Positions 8,821-18,378 of a DNA stretch of 64,000 bases are shown here, piece after piece (positions within the stretch are counted from its first letter, which is position 1; the number at the start of each line of letters is the position of its first letter). Under the pieces are notes generated by a model. It made no database searches. It was not told the origin of the DNA and saw only the letters and a list, made by a program, of their open reading frames with translations. The stretch spans positions 1 through 64,000 of the forward strand of contig JAVRCV020000043.1 in the NCBI GenBank assembly GCA_034530615.2, in the 5' to 3' direction. Source of the stretch: Aulosira sp. ZfuVER01. Lineage in GTDB: Bacteria; Cyanobacteriota; Cyanobacteriia; Cyanobacteriales; Nostocaceae. Position numbers and translations under genes: made by a program.

Positions 8821-9298
8821 TCATGCAGAAGCTCATTGATAATGATGAAGACTAATGCCAAGCTTGGTTTTAGCCTTTTTTTCATACAGTAGTTGAGTAG
8901 CAAGATCGACTTACTTCAAAGTAATTTCACTCATCTGGTGAAACCGTCACTAGCAATATATAGTTTCGCAGCGATCGCCACTACCTAAGTTCAATCCACA
9001 AAAATAGCGTCGCTGACACCCAATTTTTCTAGTCTAGTTAGTAGAAATAGCAGCCATCAGGTAATGATAATTTTTACGGCAATATTTACAAGCGCGATTA
9101 CCGTAGATGTAAAAGGCCAATTGATGATATTCCTAGTAGAGATGAGTTCTGCTTATTTTTTGAACTAGCCTTATTCTTATGATCGAGTTTAATAATTATT
9201 GAAAAGTCAGGAAATTTTAATATTTAGTCAATTGGGTGTAATTTGGGTGTAAAAATTATTCTAACAAGCTGAAATCCTTGTAAATAAAGGATTTTAAT

Positions 9299-9343
9299 TA
9301 GCCTTCCAAGCTATTAATGCGGGTTCGATTCCCGCCGCCCGCT
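9299..9343 (+). mobile_element. Attachment site: 3' part of tRNA-Gly(TCC) marking the island boundary
   Basis: TAGCCTTCCAAGCTATTAATGCGGGTTCGATTCCCGCCGCCCGCT gives the anticodon arm, T arm and acceptor 3' strand. The D arm and 5' acceptor strand are absent upstream. Confidence 0.85.
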
Positions 9344-9351
9344 TACTAATC

Positions 9352-9390
9352 AAAACCTCTGAAAATTTTTAACTTTCTTTCAGGGGTTTT
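9352..9390 (+). terminator. Hairpin terminator following the tRNA 3' fragment
   Basis: AAAACCTCTGAAA...TTTCAGGGGTTTT imperfect inverted repeat. Confidence 0.5.
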
Positions 9391-9565
9391 TAACTTTTAA
9401 AGAGTCTTGATTGCATCAGCAGCCTTGGCTGACTCAAACAAACCGCTCACTGCGATCGCACCGCATCATTCATTACTGCCATGATTTAATCAGGCGATCG
9501 CAAACTTCCGCAAGCAATGCAGTCACAGGCAAAATAGATATAAGAGAATTGGACAAGGAAAAACT

Positions 9566-10120
9566 ATGACTACACTAGTCAAATCCATCACCTTAGAAGA
9601 ATTTCTACAACTCCCCGAAACCAAACCCGCATCCGAGTACATTGACGGAAAAATTAGCCAAAAACCCATGCCTCAAGGAGAACATAGCCTACTACAAATA
9701 GAACTGTGTGAAGCAATTAACCGGACAGCGAAACCTCAAAAAATTGCTCTTGCTTTGCCTGAAATCCGTTGTGTTTTTGCTGGTGCTGCTATAGTTCCTG
9801 ATATTGCGGTATTTCGTTGGGAACGCATTCCCCGTGAAGCATCAGGTACAATCGCCAACCGCTTTGAAACTTATCCCGACTGGGCTATAGAAATCCTCTC
9901 CCCAGACCAAAGCCAAGCCAAATTTCTCCGTAAATTACTGCACTGCTCCCAAAATGGCACAGAATTAGGATGGTTGATTTTTCCCGATGAAGCCAGCATT
10001 TTAACTATATTGCCAAATCAACGTGTTGAAATGCTCACAGGTACAGACTCACTTCCTATTCTCAACAACATTGATTTATCACTAACTGTTGAACAAGTTT
10101 TTAGCTGGCTAACCCTCTAA
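9566..10120 (+). CDS. Uma2 family (DUF820) endonuclease
   Basis: Motifs LEEFLQLPETKPASEY, IVPDIAV, PDWAIEILSP, GWLI. Confidence 0.92.
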   Translation: MTTLVKSITLEEFLQLPETKPASEYIDGKISQKPMPQGEHSLLQIELCEAINRTAKPQKIALALPEIRCVFAGAAIVPDIAVFRWERIPREASGTIANRFETYPDWAIEILSPDQSQAKFLRKLLHCSQNGTELGWLIFPDEASILTILPNQRVEMLTGTDSLPILNNIDLSLTVEQVFSWLTL

Positions 10121-10167
10121 CTCTACAGCTAAGACTAACCTATTAACCACAAAGACACAGAGAAAAA

Positions 10168-11496
10168 TTACAAACTAAACTCTGCTGCATTATTCTCATC
10201 TAAATTTGTATCTTTACCCGCAGCAGTAGGTTTAAATTTAGAGCCATGAATTAATTCAGCAAAAGCTATTTTTGGGTTTTGGTGGAGAATATTTAACACA
10301 CTAATAAAATCTCGCACAATTTCCCCTGGCGTTAGCAATGCTTCTGCACCCAAGCGATTGACAATTTCTTGCACAAATTCATTTAACTGTCGATTTGTCA
10401 AAGTTTTTTCATGACCATAATTTAGAGCATGAATTTCAGTGATACGTTGCAGAAGCGTAAGAATTTCTTCTTGGCTCAAGGGATTTAATCTAATTACCGG
10501 GCCTGAATATTCTTGAACACCAGCTTGGGTAACAAAGCGGCTTTCTTTGGTACGTCTGCGCCAAGCTTGGTCTGCAAATAATCCTCGATTTGGGTCTTCT
10601 AAAAACTTTGTGGTACCACCAATCAAAATACCCAAATGTTCGGCTTTACACTGCATGGTGTCGTTAAACATTGCTAGCAGTCTATTATAATTTTTTTCTC
10701 GTGTAACAGTAGTTGATATTTGATATAAATGTACTGATTCATCAACTAAAATTAACAGCCCTTTATAGCCAATTTCTGCAACAAATTTTGCCCATAGCTT
10801 GATGTAGTCATACCAACTATCATCATCAATAATGACACGCACTCCTAAAGCAGCTTTTGCTTCAATTTTTGTTGTGAATTCTCCTCGCAACCAACGCATA
10901 GCAGCATTTTTTAAGCCATCATCATCCAATCTATAACTACGCCAATAAGCGATAATGATGGTGCCAAAATCAAATCCGTGAACTAAATCTTCAATATACT
11001 GAACAACTTCCCTAATTTTTGCTTCAACTTGGTCATCAAAACCTTCATCGTTAGGTTTTAGTCCAGCTTCTTTTGCTACTTCTTGTTGGATTTTATTAAT
11101 CCATCCTTCCAAAATTGAAACTAAAGCACCGCCATCAGGACGAGTTTTTGTAGCTAGGCGACTCATCAATTCTCGATAGGTTGCTAAACCTTCGTTGTTA
11201 CTTCCTGCTAGGCGGCGTTCTGAGGATAAATCAGCATCAGCTACTACAAAACCTTGTTCCATCGCACGGCTACGAATCAGTTGCAGTATGAAGCTTTTAC
11301 CGGAACCGTAGTTGCCAATTACAAAACGAAATGCCGATACACCTTCTGCAATATCATCGAGATTCTGTAACAGGCTTTTTAGTTCTTGTTCTCGACCTAC
11401 TGCTATATGTTCAACTCCCATCCTTGGTACTACTCCTGCACCAAGGGAATTAATTAAAGCAGTGGTTATTTTTTTCGAGATTTTGGGTTTTGCCAT
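10168..11496 (-). CDS. DUF2791/BrxD-like P-loop ATPase
   Basis: N-terminal GVVP.G...IAVGR, Walker A GNYGSGKS, Walker B LLILVDE. Confidence 0.85.
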   Translation of the reverse strand: MAKPKISKKITTALINSLGAGVVPRMGVEHIAVGREQELKSLLQNLDDIAEGVSAFRFVIGNYGSGKSFILQLIRSRAMEQGFVVADADLSSERRLAGSNNEGLATYRELMSRLATKTRPDGGALVSILEGWINKIQQEVAKEAGLKPNDEGFDDQVEAKIREVVQYIEDLVHGFDFGTIIIAYWRSYRLDDDGLKNAAMRWLRGEFTTKIEAKAALGVRVIIDDDSWYDYIKLWAKFVAEIGYKGLLILVDESVHLYQISTTVTREKNYNRLLAMFNDTMQCKAEHLGILIGGTTKFLEDPNRGLFADQAWRRRTKESRFVTQAGVQEYSGPVIRLNPLSQEEILTLLQRITEIHALNYGHEKTLTNRQLNEFVQEIVNRLGAEALLTPGEIVRDFISVLNILHQNPKIAFAELIHGSKFKPTAAGKDTNLDENNAAEFSL

Positions 11497-11752
11497 GTAG
11501 TTGATCTCACCTGATTTTGAACGCAGAGGCTTATAGCCAGCAAGTTAAGTCAGGTATATGTTATACCTATTAAGTAATTTTACAACGGCATGAATAATTT
11601 AATTAACTATAGCCATCTTATGTGATTTGTGAGAATTAACGTTTTAACAAACCTCCTACTCCTGCGGAGAATCAAGCTACGCACAGCGTCTCGCAGAGAA
11701 GAAAGCAGAGGACGCCAAGGAAAGAGAAAATTAGCTGAATCATTTAGGGTTG

Positions 11753-13072
11753 TTATGAAGAATGTTGATAGATAGCTATGATTTTTTTGACGTTAGTTAT
11801 ATGCTCGTGATATATTTCTGGATTTTCTACTCTCGGATCAATTATTAGTTCACCTAAAGTATCATCTGCCTTATCATTAATTGAATCAATTAGTAGATTA
11901 GGCATAGTAATATTTGCTTCTGCAATCTGTTTAATGGTATCTCGAGAATTTTCTTGCTCTAAGATAGCTTTTAATACTTGAATTTCATAATCTGGTAGCT
12001 GCTGCAAAAAGATGTTCCATTCTTCTGGTAAAATATCAGACGTATCAGGTTCTATATCTATTATTTCTATGGGTTGTATTAATTCTTCAAAAGGGAAAAT
12101 TTCTTGAATATCTTCCTCTGATTTTTCTGATAAAATTTCTGGATTTATTGTTTCTATTTGTTGAAGTAAATCCCGAACTTGGCTTTGTAACAAGTCGCGT
12201 TCTTCTTGCAATAATGAAACTTGCTCTTGTAAATGCTGCAATTCTGCTTGCTGTTCTACTGTTTTGGTTTGTAAATAATTCAGACTAGATTCTATATTTT
12301 CTCTATTACTTGTTGTATTAATCAGTAATTGGTTTTTCTGATTAACCTCAACTTCTAAATCTTGCAGTTGAATTCGCAGTTCGTATAGTTTTTCTTCTAC
12401 TTGAGGTTTAAGTCTACCTAGCAGAGTTAAATTACTTTCTAGCTCTTGCTTTTCTTGCTGAAGTTCGCAGATTTGATTCTGTAGCTGATTAATTTCGGAG
12501 CGAGAGACATTACAATTCAATTCAAGACGGCGTTTTTCTGATGTAAGAACTGAAAAAGAAGTATTCAGTTCGGTTTTATTTTTATCTAGGCTATGAACTT
12601 CTACTTTTAGAACACTAATTTCAGTTTCTAATTGTTTTTTTTGGCTAGCAAAAGTGCTGAGTTCTCTATGCAGACTATCTCTTTGATTGCGACATTCTGC
12701 TACTTTATTTTGGAGTTGTTTAGATTCTGCGTATAATGAACTACGATGTTCTTCAATTTGATTAATTTCTCGAACGATTCGTGACTTCAATTCTTCAAGT
12801 TCTTTAATTCGTTTCCGCAAAGAATTTAAGACAAGCATTTCATGATTTTTACGCCGTTTATCTACACAAAATGCTGCTGCATAGGTAGCGAATAAAGTAA
12901 TGATGCCTGTGACAAAGGCTTTAGTATAATCCCAGTTAGGGACAAGACTAAGACCAAAACTTACACTAAAGGCAACTATTCCTAGAAACAATCGATTACT
13001 TACTGTTGCTGAGTGCATATTACTTATTTTTAGCCTAGTCAACTTGTCAATATCAGTAGTTTTTAAGGACAT
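11753..13072 (-). CDS. Membrane-anchored coiled-coil protein with TerB C-terminal domain (alternative start 13018)
   Basis: Two N-terminal hydrophobic helices, a long heptad coiled coil, and C-terminal MPNLLIDSINDKADDTLGELIID. Confidence 0.75.
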   Translation of the reverse strand: MSLKTTDIDKLTRLKISNMHSATVSNRLFLGIVAFSVSFGLSLVPNWDYTKAFVTGIITLFATYAAAFCVDKRRKNHEMLVLNSLRKRIKELEELKSRIVREINQIEEHRSSLYAESKQLQNKVAECRNQRDSLHRELSTFASQKKQLETEISVLKVEVHSLDKNKTELNTSFSVLTSEKRRLELNCNVSRSEINQLQNQICELQQEKQELESNLTLLGRLKPQVEEKLYELRIQLQDLEVEVNQKNQLLINTTSNRENIESSLNYLQTKTVEQQAELQHLQEQVSLLQEERDLLQSQVRDLLQQIETINPEILSEKSEEDIQEIFPFEELIQPIEIIDIEPDTSDILPEEWNIFLQQLPDYEIQVLKAILEQENSRDTIKQIAEANITMPNLLIDSINDKADDTLGELIIDPRVENPEIYHEHITNVKKIIAIYQHSS

Positions 13073-13185
13073 TAATCCTCACTTTTTTTCGCAGAAATCT
13101 GCGGTGGTAAATATTTGTCAATAGCATTTTTTGTAAATCACCAAAGATTGAAATTCCCAACTAATGAATTGCTCTACTCTTATTA

Positions 13186-14541
13186 TTATGTATTATTTTT
13201 GATACTCAAAAGTGACAAATCGGCTTTCAAGAAATCAACAAACTGACGTGCTGTGCGTCCTGAACGACCATTATGGCGAGTAGCCCATTGTAATGATTGA
13301 TACTCTAGATCTTCTTGGCTAATATTAATTCCTGCCTGTGCTGCTAAATGCCGGACAATTTCTAAATAAGTTTTCTGATCTGCCCCCTCGAAGGTCAAGG
13401 TTAGTCCAAAGCGATCGCTAAAAGAAAGCTTCTCCTGCATCGTATCCCATACATGAATTTCTTCTTGATCCTTGGGAGCAGGCCTGTCTGTATAAAACTC
13501 TCGAATCAAGTGGCGGCGATTGGAAGTTGCATACACAACTACGTTTTTCGGTCGTGCGGTTAAATTACCTTCTAAAACTACTTTCAGTGCTTTAAAAGCA
13601 TCGTCATCTTCTTCAAAGGAAAGGTCATCAACAAAGATAATAAATTTCTGTGGAACTCCTCGCAATTGTTCCACAATTGTTGGTAAGTCTTGTAATTCAG
13701 ATTTTGTCACTTCTACTAAACGGAGGTTACGCTGACTATACTCATTCAACAAAGCTTTGACTAAAGACGATTTTCCAGAACCGCGACTACCATAAAGTAA
13801 TACGTGTAGTGCAGCCTCACCCGCTAACAAAAACTCTGTATTTTGTAACAAAGCGTCCCTTTGTGACTCATAACCTGCTAGTACATCGAGTTTGACAGGA
13901 TCGGGATGCTGAATGCCCACAAACTTGCCAGCTTGCCAGCGCAAAGCGCGATATTCGGCAAATAACCCTGTGCCAAATTGCCGATAATAAGCGGCTAAAT
14001 CTTCTACAGTATCAGCCCAGTTATCTGAATTATGGAGAGAGGTAATTGCCTTAGCCTGTAGGTGCGTTTCTACTTCTGTCTTATCTTGTTCTGTGTACCA
14101 TACAATCGGTGAAACAGGCAGATGGGCTACAGTTTGTACCCATTCGCTCAAAAAAGCGCTGCTACACTCATATAAACTTTGCAACAGGTGTAAATCATGC
14201 TGCGCTGCTGCGACTAATGCAATGGGCAGATTTTCAAATTCTTGCTTTTGAGCCAGTTGGGTAAATGGATTCTCCGCAATCAGAATTTGATTAATTAAGT
14301 AGTCTTCCCAATTTTGATTTTGAGCAGCTAAGGCGTGAAAGTAACTGCCATAAGCTTGGAGACAACCCCGCGCATCGGCATCAGTGTAGCGTATAGCTTG
14401 CAACAGTTCCAGAAATGCTATCCCCACTTCGCTTTGGAGGACGGATTGGTAAAGTAAGAGTGATGCTGCTTGGCGCTGGAGGAACTGGATTTTGGCATAG
14501 GATGAAGTGCTTCCCGTAGACATCGCTTGATTATCCGTCAA
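13186..14541 (-). CDS. DUF815 family AAA+ ATPase
   Basis: Motifs GSRGSGKSS, FVDDLSFE, YATSNRRHL, SDRFGL, RSGRTARQF. Confidence 0.9.
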   Translation of the reverse strand: MTDNQAMSTGSTSSYAKIQFLQRQAASLLLYQSVLQSEVGIAFLELLQAIRYTDADARGCLQAYGSYFHALAAQNQNWEDYLINQILIAENPFTQLAQKQEFENLPIALVAAAQHDLHLLQSLYECSSAFLSEWVQTVAHLPVSPIVWYTEQDKTEVETHLQAKAITSLHNSDNWADTVEDLAAYYRQFGTGLFAEYRALRWQAGKFVGIQHPDPVKLDVLAGYESQRDALLQNTEFLLAGEAALHVLLYGSRGSGKSSLVKALLNEYSQRNLRLVEVTKSELQDLPTIVEQLRGVPQKFIIFVDDLSFEEDDDAFKALKVVLEGNLTARPKNVVVYATSNRRHLIREFYTDRPAPKDQEEIHVWDTMQEKLSFSDRFGLTLTFEGADQKTYLEIVRHLAAQAGINISQEDLEYQSLQWATRHNGRSGRTARQFVDFLKADLSLLSIKNNT

Positions 14542-14625
14542 TCAATTGGGTGATGAATTGCAACAGCTATGGTAAATTGTCTGCCGACCTTTGCGGCAAA
14601 GTCAAAATCTACATAGGTTTTAACA

Positions 14626-14946
14626 ATGGAAATAAGTATAATTGCCGCTCTTGTCTATGGCATTTTGGCGTTGATTGGTGGCATTATGGGCTACATTCAG
14701 GCTAATAGTAAAGTTTCGCTACTAAGTGGTGTTATTAGCGGTTTATTACTAATTTTTGCCTCTTTTCTGCAATTACAAGGTCAAGCCTGGGGTTTGTTGG
14801 TAGCAGCTTTGGTTACTGCTGTTTTAGTGGTTTTCTTTTGCTTGCGGTTAGCAAAAACACGTAAGTTTATGCCTTCAGGATTAATGGCTATTGTGGGTAT
14901 GGTGGCATTAGTGCTGATGTTAAATCAAATTGTTGCTGTCAATTAG
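14626..14946 (+). CDS. TMEM14 family small membrane protein
   Basis: GGIMGY...S.VSL.SG and KFMP.G motifs; hydrophobic throughout. Confidence 0.85.
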   Translation: MEISIIAALVYGILALIGGIMGYIQANSKVSLLSGVISGLLLIFASFLQLQGQAWGLLVAALVTAVLVVFFCLRLAKTRKFMPSGLMAIVGMVALVLMLNQIVAVN

Positions 14947-15565
14947 GGCGAAGTTTGATTGGCTTATACGTGTCTAAGCAACGTCTGCGACAGGTTAAGA
15001 CCGTGATTTGTCATTTGTCCTTTGTCAATACAAATGACAAATGACTTGACGGTGCTGTAATTTTGAGATCAATAATTCCCCCTGTTCTTAGTAATTATAT
15101 ATAGTACATTTATATTACTGTAAAGTTGCACTTGTAAGTTTAAAAGCACTACGTTCTTCGACAAAGTAGTACTAAGTTTGTGGGAATATACAGAATGGGA
15201 GGACTATTTGCCTCTAGACAAAATTTGGTGCTAATCCTATGTAGGCGATCGCCTGGGAATCATAAGCCTAACCGAATCCTGGCATTTTCTGCCGGGAAAT
15301 GGCAGCAATCTCTATTGCATAAGGCTGCTAGTGAAGTCTATCGCCCTGAGGAATTAGTAAAGAATTGATAATTATGAATCACTAATACTAAGGACATAAA
15401 TTATTTATACCTTTAGTATTCCTGAGTTATAAAAAAAACAGGCAAAATGCTTGTTTTTATTAGCTTGCGGTTAAAAAATTCTGAATTGAACTTGGCTTCA
15501 ACGTCGATGCAGAAAATCGTCTCGTTCGATACAATTTATAGGCTAAGAGAGCCGAGGAGAACAAA

Positions 15566-16705
15566 GTGAGCTTATCAAAAGGCTTTGAGATTGAGATGTA
15601 TACGGGCACACCTCAAGGTGAAATCGTTGGTCTCTCGGACAAAATTGTTGAGGCTTTAGATGGATTTGTGCGGGAGCCAGATAGCCGCAACGTAGAATAC
15701 ATAACTAAGCCATTACATAGTTATGAGCAGTTATTGTGTGCCCTGCTGCGTCCTCGCCATGAACTGCGAAAATATCTTAAACAATTGGGCGATTATACCT
15801 TAATTCCAGGCAGTACCTTGTCTTTGGGTGGGAGCGATCGCTTCTTGCGTTCCGATCCAACTAACCCTTACCACGACTACATTGAGCAAACCTATGGCAC
15901 AAAAGTAGTCACAGCTAGCGTACATATCAATATAGGTATTAGCGATCCAGAACTATTGATGCGGGCGTGTCGGGTAATTCGAGCAGAAGCACCTTTATTC
16001 CTTGCTCTGAGCGCTTCATCACCATTTTTAGAAGGTAAAGCCACTGGCTATCACTCTACTCGGTGGGGACTATTTCCTCATACGCCAGCCCATGTACCTT
16101 TATTTGCCAGTCACGCCCACCACATTGAATGGGTGGAACAACAGCTGGCTGCTGGCACAATGCAAAATGTCCGGCATTTGTGGGCATCAGTCCGCCCAAA
16201 TGGCGATCGCCGTCCCTATGACTTAAATCGCTTAGAACTGCGAATTTGCGATTTAGTTACAGATCCGATCGCCTTACTCGCAATTACTGCCTTGCTAGAA
16301 GCCCGTTTGTTGCAGGTAATCGAAAATCCTGAAATCGATCCGTTAACTCAAAGTAGCTTCACTCCAGAAGAACTCATCAGCTTAACTGCTAGCAACGAGG
16401 CTGCTGCTGCAACTGCGAGTCTGGATGCTTCGCTGCAACACTGGCAAGATGGCAGAACCATTGTCGCCAGAGATTGGATAGATCAAATGTACCAAGAAGT
16501 TTGGGCGATCGCTAAACAACAAGGGTTTAGTTGTTTCCTTTCTCCTTTGCACAAAATTCTCCGCGAAGGGAATGAAGCCAAACAGTGGTTACAACTGCAC
16601 GCAGTCGGGTTTGATTCTGGGCGAGTCATCTCCCAAGCAATTGTTGCTAGCCAAGAACGAGAAATCGAATTAGAGGATAAATTGTGTTCCCCCTCAATGG
16701 CGTAA
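15566..16705 (+). CDS. gshA: Glutamate--cysteine ligase (cyanobacterial type)
   Basis: Motifs KGFEIE, EPDSRNVEY, ASVHINIG, NRLELRICD. Confidence 0.9.
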   Translation: MSLSKGFEIEMYTGTPQGEIVGLSDKIVEALDGFVREPDSRNVEYITKPLHSYEQLLCALLRPRHELRKYLKQLGDYTLIPGSTLSLGGSDRFLRSDPTNPYHDYIEQTYGTKVVTASVHINIGISDPELLMRACRVIRAEAPLFLALSASSPFLEGKATGYHSTRWGLFPHTPAHVPLFASHAHHIEWVEQQLAAGTMQNVRHLWASVRPNGDRRPYDLNRLELRICDLVTDPIALLAITALLEARLLQVIENPEIDPLTQSSFTPEELISLTASNEAAAATASLDASLQHWQDGRTIVARDWIDQMYQEVWAIAKQQGFSCFLSPLHKILREGNEAKQWLQLHAVGFDSGRVISQAIVASQEREIELEDKLCSPSMA

Positions 16706-17106
16706 CACTACACCCCCCGTCTTCCTAACAAATGGTAGATTTTTTTGAGAGGCAGAGAAAAATTTGTATGGGGCATGGGGTATGGGGTATGGGTTATTGT
16801 TTCTTCCCCTCTTCCCTTGTCTCATTTCTCCCCAGACTCCCTTGTCCCCTTGCCTTCAATCTTTCCTGCCCCCTAATCCGCTACTTTTGGCTCTAGCGGT
16901 TCAAAGACAAAAATTTAAAAATTTGTGGTCTAAGCCAAAAATACTCTCAGATACTTCCTTGAGGGTTAATTTTCTATGTTTTAAAAATCTAATCTATTAG
17001 GAAGAGCTTGATAATTATTAACAAAACCTATAGATTAGTACCTAACCCTTGGTAGAATGTGCCGAGTCGATACATTGTTTTTTACACTACATTCTTGCCA
17101 GTAACA

Positions 17107-17568
17107 ATGCCGCAGGTAGTTTTAGTTAACCCTCAAATTCCCCCGAATACAGGCAATATTGCACGTACTTGTGCTGCTACGGGTACAGAATTACATTTAG
17201 TCGGGCCTTTAGGGTTTGAAATTAGCGATCGCTACCTTAAAAGAGCTGGTTTAGATTACTGGCCTTATGTCAAGCTCAACTATCATGAATCTGTAGAAGC
17301 CTTTAAAAACATTCATCAGGAACGTGGTGGTAGATTGTTGGGTTTCAGTGTTAGGGGCAGTTGTAACTATGCCCAATTTAATTTTCAAGCAGATGACTGG
17401 CTGCTGTTTGGTAGCGAAACGACTGGCTTACCGCCAACAGTTCTATCAGCTTGTGATGCCACACTATATATTCCTATGGCTCAACCAAAAGTTCGCAGCT
17501 TGAATCTTTCTGTGAGTGTCGCAGTCGGCTTGTTTGAAGCCCGGCGTCAATTAGGTTATTTACTATAA
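17107..17568 (+). CDS. trmL: tRNA (cytidine(34)-2'-O)-methyltransferase
   Basis: SpoU motifs PQIPPNTGNIARTC, KRAGLDYW, FGSETTGL, RSLNLS. Confidence 0.93.
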   Translation: MPQVVLVNPQIPPNTGNIARTCAATGTELHLVGPLGFEISDRYLKRAGLDYWPYVKLNYHESVEAFKNIHQERGGRLLGFSVRGSCNYAQFNFQADDWLLFGSETTGLPPTVLSACDATLYIPMAQPKVRSLNLSVSVAVGLFEARRQLGYLL

Positions 17569-18378
17569 AATTTTTTTCAATATTTATAAGTAAAAATACT
17601 TAAATAATTCTCAGATATCTTGAGCTATGATTTGCCCAAGTAGTTGATTTCAGCAAATATATCCATTGTTACAGCCAAAACGATGTGAATGGTTATACTT
17701 GATTCTGTAAGCTCTTCTAAAGTTGAGTAAATATTACCTACAAAACCTAGGTGAGCTTATATAAGAAATTTATATCTAAAATTTGCGTCGATTCGGAATT
17801 TGAATGATAGATTTTGATGAATTTCAATTATCTGAAACCTTGGGAACAAAAGGGGTAAAACCTAGTCTTATAGGGCATTTAGTCATTTTTGGCTCAAGCA
17901 GTAATTGAAAGAAGCGCAAAAGTAGCTGCGAGATAATACGGTTGTTTTTTAGGGAATAATCAACGTAAAGTCTCGTGTTGGGTAGACGGATTGGATAGAA
18001 ATCTCTTGAAGATATCTACAGCAGGGAGATTTGCTTTTCGAGAAGTCTTAGCTAATCAATTGCAAAGAGCAACAGTGGACTTGGCAAAGGTTATATATTT
18101 GTCCATTCCCAGCTACTTCAGCAAGACAGGCGCAGACAACTGCAAAAGGCAAAACATCCTAAGGTGTGAGGAACGAGCGGACAAGTCAGCACAGCAATTT
18201 TAAGTTTTGCTAAAAGGTGTGAACTTGTCTAAATCAGAGAAGCAGGTTAATCTTGCGTAAGTATCTCTGGTGGGTGTGATCTTGATCAATCATTTGATGT
18301 GATCTAAATCATTGACTAGTATCAGACTGAAAAAAATCGAAGTCAGTTAAGCGCTAGTGATCAATTAGGAGGTCGTCT

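Noticed and set aside
9270..9345. Functional tRNA-Gly gene
   Set aside because: The 5' acceptor strand and D arm are missing, so it is interpreted as an att-site duplication.
16764..17000. 78-aa ORF after gshA
   Set aside because: It is made of STRR/low-complexity heptamer repeats; probably non-coding.
17569..18378. Long intergenic region (and 70-aa ORF) before the M23 peptidase as a possible ncRNA
   Set aside because: No recognisable RNA motif or repeat; long leaders are common in Nostocales.
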